Source: an uncultured Myxococcales bacterium (GTDB lineage: Bacteria > Myxococcota > B64-G9). From it: DNA of 64,000 bases. The translations under genes and the position numbers were made by a program. Positions 37,045 through 46,592 of the stretch are shown here, piece after piece (the first letter of the stretch is position 1; every line of letters begins with the position of its first letter). The stretch lies in contig CAYVQE010000005.1 of assembly GCA_964454005.1 (NCBI GenBank), forward strand, positions 4,404 to 68,403. Reading direction: 5' to 3'. Below the pieces are notes generated by a model. The model did no database searches, was not told where the DNA came from, and was given only the letters and a program-made list of their open reading frames with translations.

Positions 37045-39399
37045 ATGGCAGCCAAAACGGTGTTTGTGTTGTTCCATGTCGCCTTCGCTGCTGCGGTCTG
37101 GTCGGTCGCCGGGCCGGCGGCGGCCGGTGGCCTGGGCAGGGGTGGAGAAGCGGAGCGGGCAGAGGCGGGTGGCTCGGAAGAAAACGCGGAGGAGGAAGGC
37201 GGCGAAAGGAGCGGCGGGGACGAGGCCGAAAAGGCCGAAAAGGCCGAGGAGTCCGATGAGGCCGAGGCGGCAGAGGGGGTCGAAGGGGCCGAAGGGGGCG
37301 AAGGGACGCGGTCCGGGCCTGGGGCGGCGGCCGAGACGGTGGTGATCACGGCCAGCCGGGGCGAGCAGAAACGCTTTTCCGCGCGGCGGTCCATCGCGGT
37401 GGTCGAGCGGCGCGAGCTGGATCGGCGCCAGGTGCGCTCGGCGCCCGCGGCGCTGGCCGAGGTGCCGGGGGTATTTCTGCAGCAGACCAACCGCGGCGCC
37501 GGGGCGCCCTTCATCCGCGGTCTGGTGGGACCGCAGAACCTGATCCTGATCGACGGCATCCGCTTCAACACCGCCAGCCACCGCACCGGGCCCAACCAGT
37601 ACCTGGCCCTGATCGGGCCCTTCGGCTTGCAGCGGCTGGAGGTCGTGCGCGGGCCCTCGTCGGTGCTCTACGGCAACGGGGCCATGGGCGGCGTGATCCA
37701 GGCCATGACCCGCCGGCCGCCGGTGCACCGCGGCGGCTGGCGGTTTGGCGGCCGTGCCCAGGGCACCTTCTCCAGCGCCGATCGCACCACCGGCGGGGGC
37801 TTCGAGGCCTGGGCCAGCGGCGGCGGTCTGGCGCTGCAGGCCGGCCTGGAGGTCCACTCCTTCGGTGAGCTGCGCGCCGGCGGCGGCGCCGAGCAACCGG
37901 TGTCGGACTACCTGGCCAGCTACGGCCGGCTGAAGCTGATCTACGCCCCCCAGCCTGGCTGGTCGGCCAGCGCCAGCCTGCTGGTGGCCGGCTTGCGCGA
38001 TGCCGGCCGGGCCGATCAGCTCGGCCGCGGCGATCTGCGCTTCTACGACAACGACGACGTGTTGGCCGCGGTGGTGCTGCGCCACCGCGGTGGCGATCTG
38101 TTCAAGCGCATGCGCCTGAGCCTGTCCTTCCAGCGCCTGGCCGAGCGGGTCGACCGCTACAGCTGCGCCGTGGGCCCCGAGGGCACCCTGCGCGATCGAG
38201 CGGCCTGTCTGGCGCTGGCGGCCGAGACGATCACCCGCCGCCGGCGCTACGCCGACGCGGTCGACGTGATCGGAGCCGACGGCAATCTGGGCCTCGACCT
38301 GTGGCAGGGCCGGCTGCGGCTGGATGCCGGCGGCGAGTTCTACCAGGACCTGGTGACCTCGACCCTCGAGCAGGCCACGGCCGAAGACGACTTCGTCTTC
38401 GAAGATCGGCCGCGGGGCAACTACAGCGACGGCTCGACCTACTCCTCGTTGGGGCTGTATCTGCACGCCGCCGCCGATCTGCTCGAGCTGGGCCGAGACA
38501 ACTGGTTGGTGGCCTCGGCCGGGCTACGGTACTCGCACTTCGGCGCCGGCGCCGAGCAGGTGCCCGAGCTGGGCAACGTCGACTACGACCACGACGGGCT
38601 GGTCGGCTCGGCCGGGCTGCAGCTGCTGCGGCCGGGGCGCTACAACGTCTACTTCACCTTCGTCCAGGGCTTCCGGGCGCCCAACCTGCAGGAGACCACC
38701 GTGTTGGGCGACACCGGCGACCGCTTCGAGATCCCCAACCCGGAGCTGGGACCCGAGCTGTCGAACACCCTGGAGCTGGGTGCGCGGTTGAACATCGAGC
38801 CGGCCTGGCTGGAAGCGGCTTACTTCTACAGCTTCCTGGAGGACGCCATCACCCAGCAGCCCACCAGCTACGAGGGCCGTACGACGGTGGACGGCAAGCC
38901 GGTCACCCGGCTGGTCAACGGCGACCACGGCGCCATTCAGGGCGCCGAGTTCAGCCTGGGCCTGCGCTGGTGGCGGCTGGAGGCCCGGGCCCAGGCGACC
39001 TGGACCGAGGGCCAGGTGACCACCGAGCGCGGCACCTTCCCGGCGCGGCGCATCCCGCCGCTGTTCGGCCGGGTAGGGCTGCGCACCCGCCAGCCCGACC
39101 AGCCCTGGTTCGTCGAGCTGTTCGTGCGCTGGGCGCTGCGCCAGGATCGGCTGCACCCGGCGGACGCGGCCGATGTGCGCATCTGCGAGACCGCTCCCTA
39201 CAGCGGGCTGCTGCGCGATCCCTGCGACGGCACCGCCGGCTGGTGGACCCTGAACCTGCGCGCCGGGCTGCGGCTCGACGAGCGCTTCCGGCTCGATCTG
39301 CAGCTGGCCAACATGACCGACACCCGCTACCGGTTGCACGGCTCCGGCTTCGACGCCCCCGGCTTCGACCTACGCTTCTCGCTCACTGCGAAGCTGTGA
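37045..39399 (+). CDS. TonB-dependent receptor
   Basis: A GAGGAGG RBS precedes a signal peptide and an acidic linker. The plug domain reads VVITASRGEQKRF...EVPGVFLQQTNRGAGAPFIRGL...LILIDGIRFN, followed by a long beta-barrel. Confidence 0.85.
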   Translation: MAAKTVFVLFHVAFAAAVWSVAGPAAAGGLGRGGEAERAEAGGSEENAEEEGGERSGGDEAEKAEKAEESDEAEAAEGVEGAEGGEGTRSGPGAAAETVVITASRGEQKRFSARRSIAVVERRELDRRQVRSAPAALAEVPGVFLQQTNRGAGAPFIRGLVGPQNLILIDGIRFNTASHRTGPNQYLALIGPFGLQRLEVVRGPSSVLYGNGAMGGVIQAMTRRPPVHRGGWRFGGRAQGTFSSADRTTGGGFEAWASGGGLALQAGLEVHSFGELRAGGGAEQPVSDYLASYGRLKLIYAPQPGWSASASLLVAGLRDAGRADQLGRGDLRFYDNDDVLAAVVLRHRGGDLFKRMRLSLSFQRLAERVDRYSCAVGPEGTLRDRAACLALAAETITRRRRYADAVDVIGADGNLGLDLWQGRLRLDAGGEFYQDLVTSTLEQATAEDDFVFEDRPRGNYSDGSTYSSLGLYLHAAADLLELGRDNWLVASAGLRYSHFGAGAEQVPELGNVDYDHDGLVGSAGLQLLRPGRYNVYFTFVQGFRAPNLQETTVLGDTGDRFEIPNPELGPELSNTLELGARLNIEPAWLEAAYFYSFLEDAITQQPTSYEGRTTVDGKPVTRLVNGDHGAIQGAEFSLGLRWWRLEARAQATWTEGQVTTERGTFPARRIPPLFGRVGLRTRQPDQPWFVELFVRWALRQDRLHPADAADVRICETAPYSGLLRDPCDGTAGWWTLNLRAGLRLDERFRLDLQLANMTDTRYRLHGSGFDAPGFDLRFSLTAKL

Positions 39400-39526
39400 G
39401 CGAATCCTCTCGGAAACCGGCTTTCTCGTCCCAGCCGCACGGGCGGGCATGAAGCCCGCCTGCGTCCCGAAGGGTCTTGAGCGGGAACCGTTTGCCGACA
39501 TGGCCTTCGGTCGCAGAGGCTTCACC

Positions 39527-39811
39527 TCACAAGAAATCGGCCTCGCGGGTCTCCAGGGTCTTGCGGCTGAAGTTCTGCTCGGGCAGGCGGAAGGAGCGGA
39601 ACTTGGCGCGGATGCGTTTGAGGAAGAACATCAGCTGCGGCGCCTTGACCCGACCCTCGACGTCCAGATCGTCGAAGCGGTAGACGCGCACCGAGCCGGC
39701 GCGCTGTCGCGGTCCGGCGGCGGTGGCGGCGCCGGCGGCCAGCAGTCCGGCCAGCAGTCCGGCCAGCAGCCCGGCCATCCAGGGGCGCCGGCGGGGACGC
39801 GTTCGGTTCAC
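39527..39811 (-). CDS. Small membrane-anchored protein (GltF/NfsF-like by size and position)
   Basis: The 94-aa ORF has a GTG start overlapping the upstream stop (GTGA). It has an Arg-rich N-terminus and a (LAGL)3 hydrophobic segment. There is no motif-level identification. Confidence 0.45.
   Translation of the reverse strand: MNRTRPRRRPWMAGLLAGLLAGLLAAGAATAAGPRQRAGSVRVYRFDDLDVEGRVKAPQLMFFLKRIRAKFRSFRLPEQNFSRKTLETREADFL
39739..39774 (-). repeat. 3 x 12-nt tandem repeat inside the CDS (encodes LAGLLAGLLAGL)
   Basis: The sequence ccagcagtccgg ccagcagtccgg ccagcagcccgg is read directly from the window. Confidence 0.9.
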
Positions 39812-40971
39812 GGCTCACCTCCCGCCTTTTCGGGACAGGCCTCGGGATGGGACAGGCGCAGGTCTTCCAGGCGGCCGCGGGCACGCTCGGCCAGCTTCTC
39901 GCTGGCGCGGCCCGAGCCGAGGAAGCGCTGGAATGCCTCGCAGGCCCAGCCCGGCTTGTCGCGGTGGTTCATGTACAGCAGGCCCAGGTTGAACAGGGTC
40001 TCGGGGTGGCTGGCGTCCAGGCCCAGGATCTGCTGGTAGGCCTTCTCGGCCCGCTTGTGGTGGCCCAGGCCGCGCTCGGCCACCGCCGCGCCGACCAGTG
40101 CCGGCAGGGTGCCTGGCACCCGTTGGGCCACCTGGCGGTAGAGCCGCGCCGCCCGGCGGTAGTCGCCGTTGTCCATGTAGACGCCGGCCGCGTTCAGCCC
40201 CGCCTCGAGCAGCGGCGGTTCGGCGCGCCAGGCCTGCTCGAACATCTCCAGCGCCCGCTGCACCTCGCCCGATTTCAATCGCGCCAGGCCCAGGTTGTTG
40301 AGCACCCGCGGGTCGTCCGGCTCGAGTTCCAGCGCCCGGCGGAACAGATCGGCGGCCATGGCGTGCTTGCCCTGCTCGGAGAAGGTGGTGGCCAAGTTGT
40401 TGTAGGCCAGCACCTGCTCGGGATCGCGGTCCAGCACGTAGCGCGCCTGCTCGATGGCCTTTTCGTAGGCGCCTCGCATCCGGTAGAGCACGGCCAGGTT
40501 GTTGCGCGCGGCCAGATCCTCGGTGTGCAGCTCGACGAAGCCCTCGAGCAGGTCGACCGCGTCGACCAGCCGATCGTGGCGGCGGTAGAGGGCGGCCAGG
40601 TTGAACAGGGTGCGCCGATGCTGGGGCCGCACCTCCAGCGCCGCGCGGTAGGCCGCCTCGGCGCGCTGTGGATCGTTGCCGCGGGTGAACAGCACGCCCA
40701 GGTTGTAGTGGGCGGTGAAGAAGTCCGGCTTCAGCTCCACCGCCCGCTCCAGCGCGGCCACCGCTTGGTGGTAATCGGCCTTGCGCCCCGAGAGCAAGGC
40801 CACCCCGCGGTTGAAGGTCTGCACCGCCTCGCGCTCGCGGGCGACGGTCGCGCGGTCGGGCGACTTGACCACCTCGCGCTTGGCCGGACAACCGGCGGCG
40901 GCTAGGCCCAGCAGGGCCGCCAGCCACATCGCGGGCGGCCAGCAGCCGCGGCTTCGGCCGCAGGGGTTCAT
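39808..40971 (-). CDS. TPR lipoprotein (GltE/NfsE-like)
   Basis: The start is MNPCGR... and the lipobox is LGLAAAGCPAKREV. About 8 TPR units follow (AHYNLGVLF, FNLAALY, NNLAVLY, YNNLATTF, LNNLGLA, LFNLGLLY). The gene is coupled by ATGA to the upstream gene. It is a paralog of the 63457.. gene. Confidence 0.7.
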   Translation of the reverse strand: MNPCGRSRGCWPPAMWLAALLGLAAAGCPAKREVVKSPDRATVAREREAVQTFNRGVALLSGRKADYHQAVAALERAVELKPDFFTAHYNLGVLFTRGNDPQRAEAAYRAALEVRPQHRRTLFNLAALYRRHDRLVDAVDLLEGFVELHTEDLAARNNLAVLYRMRGAYEKAIEQARYVLDRDPEQVLAYNNLATTFSEQGKHAMAADLFRRALELEPDDPRVLNNLGLARLKSGEVQRALEMFEQAWRAEPPLLEAGLNAAGVYMDNGDYRRAARLYRQVAQRVPGTLPALVGAAVAERGLGHHKRAEKAYQQILGLDASHPETLFNLGLLYMNHRDKPGWACEAFQRFLGSGRASEKLAERARGRLEDLRLSHPEACPEKAGGEP

Positions 40972-43900
40972 TCGGCCTCCTCGGCGGCGCCGGCCGGCGG
41001 CAACGGCGGCGGCTCGCGCCGCTCGAGCGCCAGGCCGAAATCGGTAAACGAATCGGCCCAGCGGGGGTTCGGGCGCACCTCGGGCTCGGGCGGGAAACGG
41101 GCCGGATCCAGCTGGCGCAACCGCTCGACGGTGCGGCGGGTCCAGACGCTGTAGTAGGCGTGCTTCAGCGCCACCCGGTGGCTGACGGTGAAGGCATTGA
41201 GGGCCTTGTCCTCGATGGGGAAGGCCAGCGATTGCAGTTCCTGGCGGTAGACCTCGAGTTCGCGCGGGCTGAGCCCTTCGGGCATGGGCGCGTTGTAGAT
41301 GGCCTTGGCGAACGCGGCGTACATGTCGCCGATGCGGAACAGCGCCGCCGAGGCCCACTCGGGGTGGCCCGCCTGGATCACGCGGGTGAACAGCGCCTCG
41401 GCCCGCTTGAGCCGGGCCGCCTTCTGGCTCAGCAGGCGGGTCAGACGTTTCATCGGCGGCCGCAGCGCGATGCGCTGGTAGGCGTCGAACTCCAGCTCGC
41501 CGAGCTGAAAGCGGCAGTGGGCGGCGGCCGCCAACTCGCCGCCTTCGGGCGCCCGCCGTGGCCGGAAGGCGGCACAGCGCTCGAACTGGCGCTCGGCCTG
41601 GCGGCGTTTGCTCTGGGCCACCAGCGCCAGGCCCAGCTGCAGGGTGGCCTCGCGCACCCGGCCCTGGCGGCGGGCGTGGCGGCGCAGGTAGTCGCGCAAC
41701 ACCCGCTCGGCCGCGCCGTGGTCGCCGGCGCGCACCAGCGCCTCGGCCTGGCGGAACCGGGCGGAGGGTGCCTTGGGGTGGTCGCCGAAACGGCGGCCGA
41801 ACGCGGCCAGCGCGGCCGCTTCGCGCTCGGGCGCCTTGCGGGCGCGGTGCAGCAGCGAGGCCTGCAGCAGGCATTCGGCCGCCCGCCGGTCGTCGCTGAA
41901 GCGCTCGGCGAAGCGCTCGTAGGCCTCGGCCGCAGCGGCATAGTCGTACTGCTTCTCGTAAACGCCGGCGATGACGTACAGGGCATCGGCCGCGCGGGCC
42001 GGGTAGCGTTTGATCACCCGCTGGTAGCGCTCGATGGCGGCGCGCTTCTCGCCGGCCCGCTCCAGGTTGACCGCGGCGTTGAACAGCGCCTTGGGCGCCA
42101 GCTCGCTGTCCGGATAGTCGGCGACCAGTCGCTCGTACTCGCGGGCGGCCTTGACCAAGCGCTCCCGCTCGACCAGGGCGGCGGCCTGCTGGAAGATGGC
42201 CCCGGCTGCGAACCCCGGCAGCTGCTCGCCCAGCTCGCTGGAGGCGAACCAACCCTCGTCGATGAAGCGGCGCGCCCAGCGCTCGAGCTCCCCCCACTGC
42301 CGGTTGCGGCTGAAGCAATCCAGCGCCAGGTCGGCGGCCGGCGCGGCGAACTCGTCCGCGGGCCGCCGGCGCACCAGCGCCAGCAGGGTCTCGGCGGCCC
42401 GGTCGAAATGCCCGCGGTCGTAGTAGGTGCGGCCCAGCTCGAAGCGCAGCTGCGCCAGCTTGGGATCGTCGGCGGCGATGGCGGCATAAGCCTCGACCGC
42501 CGCCACGAAGCCGCGCTCGGCTCGATCGAGCGGCTGGGCCTCGGCCGGCGGCTCGTCGGGCCGCTCGTCCTGGCGCCGCAGCCGGTCCCAGCTCAGCACC
42601 GCGGCATAGGCCGCATCGCGGCGCTCCTTCGGCTCCGCCAAGGTCTCCGCCGCCTGGCGGTAGTGGCCGGCCGCGCCGGCGTAGTCGCCCAGCTCGAACA
42701 GCACCTCGCCCAGGTAGTAGCGGATGCGCGGCGCCTCGTCGGTGTCGGCGAAGCGATCCAGGTAGGCCCCGTAGGCTGCCCGGGCCTTGCGGTAGGCCTT
42801 TTCGTCCCGGCGCTGCTGGGCTTGCTTGTGGCGCGTCAGGGCGGCGAAGCGCAGCGCCTGCTCGGCGAGCTCCAGGGCCCGATCGCGCACCGGTGGGTTC
42901 TCGGTGTGATGCTGGGCGAAGGAGGAGCCCGGCCCGTAGCGCTCGGCCAGCCGTCGGCGCTCGGCCAGGGAGCGCTCCATCTCGCCCTGGCGCTCGTAGG
43001 CCAGCGCGATGCGCAGCTGGTGCTCGGGGCTGTCCTCGGCCAGCGGAAACCGCTCGACCAGCAGCCGGTAGGAGTCGATGGCCTGGTCGTAGCGCGCCTG
43101 GCGGAAGAAGACCTGGCCCAGCCGTTCCAGCACCCGGATCGAGTACTCTTCACCGCCGACCTGGGCCATGAAGCGGTAGGCCTCGGCGGCGCCGCCGTAT
43201 TCCGAAAAGGTGAAGGCCAAATCCTCCAGCGCCTCGCGTTCCAGATCGGCAGATGGGGTGGGCAGCCGCTCATCCGGCTGCTGGCGCTTGCGCTGGCGGG
43301 CCCGGGCCAGCACCCGCTTGAAGTACTCGGCCGCCTGCGCGGCGCGGTCGCGCTTGAAGTGGCACCAGGCGGTCTTGTACAGCGCCAGGTCGTACAGCGG
43401 TGAGTCGACGTGCTCGAGTACCTTGGCGTACGCCTTGAGCGCGGCGGCGAAGCGACCCTTGGCGAAGTAGTGCTCGCCGATGGCCAGGTGGGCGTCGGGC
43501 ACGAAGGACGACTGCGGGAAGCGCTTCAGCAGCGAGCGGAAGATACCCAGCGCGGCCGCCTCGTCGCCCTGCTCATTGAGGGCGAAGCCGTACAGGTAGA
43601 GCACCGTGTCGCTGCGCTCGAAGTCGGGATGCTGGCGCAGGATCTCCTCGTAGACATCGAGCGAGGCGCCCAGGTCGATGCGCGGCTCGGGCGGCCGCGT
43701 CGCGCTCTGGCCCGCGCGAAAGGCGTCCAGCTCGGCCTCATAGCGGCGCATGCGTTCGAGCAGTTGGGCCTCGGCCCGCTCCCACTGCAGCTCGGCCAGG
43801 CGGAACAGGGCGTCGGCCCGTTGCAGCGCGTCCGGGTGGCGTTCGAGAAAGGCCTCGATCAGCGCGATGGCCCGATCGCGCTGGCGAGCGAGCTCGGCCT

Positions 43901-44060
43901 CGCGCCGCTGCATCTGCTGCTCCAGCCAGCCGGGCTGTCCGGGCTGCAGCGGGCAGCGCCCCGGCGGCTGCGGCCCGGCGGGATCGGCCTGACCGACGGC
44001 GGCCAGCGACAAGGCGAGCGCGGTGACGATGGCGCGCAGCGCTGTGCTACTCGTACTCAT
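40968..44060 (-). CDS. Large TPR scaffold protein (GltD/AgmU/NfsD-like)
   Basis: The 1030-aa protein has a signal peptide. It is clearly a paralog of 59848..63444, sharing blocks such as SFVPDAHLAIGEHYF / RFVPDAYLAMGEHYF, ALYKTAWCH / ALYKLGWCD and WASAALFRIGDMY / WSIAALVRVAQIN. Confidence 0.75.
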   Translation of the reverse strand: MSTSSTALRAIVTALALSLAAVGQADPAGPQPPGRCPLQPGQPGWLEQQMQRREAELARQRDRAIALIEAFLERHPDALQRADALFRLAELQWERAEAQLLERMRRYEAELDAFRAGQSATRPPEPRIDLGASLDVYEEILRQHPDFERSDTVLYLYGFALNEQGDEAAALGIFRSLLKRFPQSSFVPDAHLAIGEHYFAKGRFAAALKAYAKVLEHVDSPLYDLALYKTAWCHFKRDRAAQAAEYFKRVLARARQRKRQQPDERLPTPSADLEREALEDLAFTFSEYGGAAEAYRFMAQVGGEEYSIRVLERLGQVFFRQARYDQAIDSYRLLVERFPLAEDSPEHQLRIALAYERQGEMERSLAERRRLAERYGPGSSFAQHHTENPPVRDRALELAEQALRFAALTRHKQAQQRRDEKAYRKARAAYGAYLDRFADTDEAPRIRYYLGEVLFELGDYAGAAGHYRQAAETLAEPKERRDAAYAAVLSWDRLRRQDERPDEPPAEAQPLDRAERGFVAAVEAYAAIAADDPKLAQLRFELGRTYYDRGHFDRAAETLLALVRRRPADEFAAPAADLALDCFSRNRQWGELERWARRFIDEGWFASSELGEQLPGFAAGAIFQQAAALVERERLVKAAREYERLVADYPDSELAPKALFNAAVNLERAGEKRAAIERYQRVIKRYPARAADALYVIAGVYEKQYDYAAAAEAYERFAERFSDDRRAAECLLQASLLHRARKAPEREAAALAAFGRRFGDHPKAPSARFRQAEALVRAGDHGAAERVLRDYLRRHARRQGRVREATLQLGLALVAQSKRRQAERQFERCAAFRPRRAPEGGELAAAAHCRFQLGELEFDAYQRIALRPPMKRLTRLLSQKAARLKRAEALFTRVIQAGHPEWASAALFRIGDMYAAFAKAIYNAPMPEGLSPRELEVYRQELQSLAFPIEDKALNAFTVSHRVALKHAYYSVWTRRTVERLRQLDPARFPPEPEVRPNPRWADSFTDFGLALERREPPPLPPAGAAEEAE

Positions 44061-45924
44061 CCGGCCACAGCTCTCCGTCGTAGGGCCAGTACTCGCTCTG
44101 GTCGTCGAGCAGGCCCGCCTCGGCCAGCTCGCGCAACAGGCTCAGCGGGTAGCGGCCGAGCGCCAGGTTCTGCACCTCGGTCTCGAGCGCCTGCTTGCGC
44201 GCGGTGACCGTATCGATCCGGCCCAGGGCCGAGCGCCGGGCCCAGCCAGCCACCCGCCGCGCGCATCGCCGCCGGCGGTCTTCGGCCGTCTGCACCAGCA
44301 AACGCCCGGCCCGGGTGCGCAGGCCGACCAGCGTCCGGATCGACCGGTCGAGCCAGGCCCGCTCGGCCTTCAGGTAGCCCACCGGAACCGACCCGCCGGC
44401 GGCGGCGGTCACCGGCCCCGCGGGCGGCCGGCCGCCGAGCACCGCCGCCAGGGCGCGGTCGGCCCGGGCGGCGGCCTGCTGCACCTCGGCCTGCAGCCGG
44501 TGCAGCGCCTCGAGCTTGGACTGCTCGTTTTCGGCCCGGCCCAGCCGGGCGCGCAGATCGGCCAGGCGTTGTTCGAGGCCGCGGGCCCGGGAGCGGGTAC
44601 GCCGCAGCCGGTCGGCCAGCGCCGCGGCCGGCCGCGGCCGTTGCCGGCGCGGCATGCCCGAACCGACCCGGGCCAGCTCGGCCCGCAGCCAGCGGCTGCG
44701 GCCCAGGCTCTCGGCCAGCCCTGCCCACAGCCGCTGCGTCCGCGCCTCGGCGCGGCTGGGCGGCACCCAGGCGCGGACTTGCCGCGGCAGCCGCTGGGTG
44801 CCGGCCGGGTCGGCCACTGCGGCTGCCAGGGATGTCTGGCGCTGCTCGATGCGCTCGAACAGCGCCTGGGCCTGGTCGAACAGGCAGTCGCCCAGCAGGG
44901 CGTAGCCGAGCAGCAGCCGCGCCATAGGCGCCTCGGCCAGCCCGGGGGCGGTGAGCAGCAGCCGGCGCAGTTGGTGGCGGGACCGGCCCAGCGCATCCAG
45001 CCGGTAGAGCGACCAGGCCTTCTCGTAGCGCGCCCGTTCGACCGCCCGCGCATCGCCCGCCACCTGGTCGTAGGTGGCGATGGCCCGGGCGTGGTCGCCG
45101 CGGTCGTGGCGCAGCCGGGCCAGCGCCAGCCAGGCGTGGGCCACCACCCGCTCGGCGTCGGCCGACAGATAGAAGGTGGTCTGCCGGCGGCCGCCGCCGC
45201 GCACCAGCGCGCAGAAATCTTCCTCGGCCCGTTCGCGCTCGCCGTGGGCCAGGGCGTCGAGCCCGGCCAGGTAGCGGGCCGCGGCGAACAACCGGCTGGA
45301 ACGGCCGACCTCGTCGAGCGCCGCTCGGGCCTGCTCGCGGTGGCCCAGCTGCACCAGGGCCTTGCCCCGCAGGTAGGCCAGCTCATCGGCCTCGGCCGGT
45401 TCGGGTTCGAAGCCCAGCTGGCGCAGCGCTTCCAGGGTTTGCGGGATCCGATCGGCGCGCAGCGACAGGTCGACCAGCTTGCGAAAGGCCGGCGCGCGAA
45501 AGTGCGACGGGGGCCGGCGGCGGATCAGCTCCAGCAGCAGGCCGCGGGCGCTGGCCAGGGCGGATTGGCGTTCGAGGGCTCCGGCCAAATGGTAGCGCAG
45601 GTTGTCGTGGGCCGGGCTGCCGGCCAGCGGGCGGAAGGCCGGATCGAGCAGTACCGCACCGAAGCGGGCGGCCGTGGAGCGGGCGCCGCCGTCGAGGTAG
45701 ACCGCCTCGCCGGCGCGCAGCACCGCCTGCAGCCGCTCGGCGCCGGCCGGCGGGCCGATGCGGTCGTTCTGGCGCAGCCAGGTCAACAGGGCCGCGCCCG
45801 GGTCGGCTCCGGGCGACGGCAACGGCGCCGGGCCGGCGACCGCCGGTGCCGCCGGGCCGAGCAAGGTGCAGGCGGCCAGCAGCCCGGCCAGGCGCCGCCG
45901 TCGGATGGGCCGCACGCAGCTCAA
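44047..45924 (-). CDS. TPR/helical-repeat secreted protein (GltC/NfsC-like)
   Basis: The 625-aa protein has a TTG (or GTG 45915) start overlapping the upstream stop. Its C-terminal tail SEYWPYDGELWPDEYE parallels ETYNYWKFVKEYWRDELGYY in 58216..59811. Confidence 0.6.
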   Translation of the reverse strand: MSCVRPIRRRRLAGLLAACTLLGPAAPAVAGPAPLPSPGADPGAALLTWLRQNDRIGPPAGAERLQAVLRAGEAVYLDGGARSTAARFGAVLLDPAFRPLAGSPAHDNLRYHLAGALERQSALASARGLLLELIRRRPPSHFRAPAFRKLVDLSLRADRIPQTLEALRQLGFEPEPAEADELAYLRGKALVQLGHREQARAALDEVGRSSRLFAAARYLAGLDALAHGERERAEEDFCALVRGGGRRQTTFYLSADAERVVAHAWLALARLRHDRGDHARAIATYDQVAGDARAVERARYEKAWSLYRLDALGRSRHQLRRLLLTAPGLAEAPMARLLLGYALLGDCLFDQAQALFERIEQRQTSLAAAVADPAGTQRLPRQVRAWVPPSRAEARTQRLWAGLAESLGRSRWLRAELARVGSGMPRRQRPRPAAALADRLRRTRSRARGLEQRLADLRARLGRAENEQSKLEALHRLQAEVQQAAARADRALAAVLGGRPPAGPVTAAAGGSVPVGYLKAERAWLDRSIRTLVGLRTRAGRLLVQTAEDRRRRCARRVAGWARRSALGRIDTVTARKQALETEVQNLALGRYPLSLLRELAEAGLLDDQSEYWPYDGELWPDEYE

Positions 45925-46559
45925 TCCACCGGCTCCGTCTCGCTCTGGGCGTGGAATTCCACCTCCCAGGCGACCTCGGGCCGGTCGCCGCGCAGCGCCT
46001 CGGCGTCCGGCGCCTCGCCGTCCTGCTCGGCCTCGAACTCCACCCGGGTCACGGCCTGGGCGCGCAGGTGGACGGCCAACCCGGCCGCCGCGGTATAGGC
46101 CGGCACGGTCGCCGGCGTACCGTCCGGCCCGCGGGCCCAGAGCCGCACCTCGACCACGTGGCGGCCCGGCGGCAGGTGGCCGTCGAACAGCGCCAGCGCC
46201 TGGGCGCTGGGCGCCTGCTCGAACTCGCGCCGGTGGGCCAGCTCGCCGTCGAGGCGCATCTCCACCGCGGCCAGCCGAAAGGGCGACTCCAACTCACCGC
46301 GGTAGCGCACCTCGAGCCGGGCGTCGTAGAGCTTCTCGGCCAGCAGCGCCAGCCGGGACTCGGCCGCCAACAGCGCGTCGCGGGCCCGGGAGTGCTCGAG
46401 TTCGAGCTCGGCCAGAGCGCGGGCGTCGAGTTCAGGTGCGGCCGGCTCCGATTCGGCCGGCGGCGCGTCGTCGGGCCCGGCGATCGTGCGGCCAGCGGTC
46501 AGCGCCAGCAGCGCCCCGGTGCCCAGCAGCAATCCCATCGACCAGGTTCTCGTGCGCAT
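45921..46559 (-). CDS. Secreted protein, unknown function
   Basis: The 212-aa protein has the signal peptide MRTRTWSMGLLLGTGALLALTAG. A coiled-coil-like segment and then a beta-rich segment follow. I recognise no family. Confidence 0.5.
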   Translation of the reverse strand: MRTRTWSMGLLLGTGALLALTAGRTIAGPDDAPPAESEPAAPELDARALAELELEHSRARDALLAAESRLALLAEKLYDARLEVRYRGELESPFRLAAVEMRLDGELAHRREFEQAPSAQALALFDGHLPPGRHVVEVRLWARGPDGTPATVPAYTAAAGLAVHLRAQAVTRVEFEAEQDGEAPDAEALRGDRPEVAWEVEFHAQSETEPVD

Positions 46560-46592
46560 GTCGTTCTCCGTCGTCGCCTGCGGCGGTCGGCC

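Noticed and set aside
39739-39774. Short tandem repeats that could suggest a CRISPR-like or minisatellite array. The same consideration applied to 37200-37260 and 62380-62420.
   Set aside because: All are in-frame low-complexity coding repeats (LAGL, EKA, K/R runs) without spacers. No CRISPR-like repeat-spacer architecture exists anywhere in the window.
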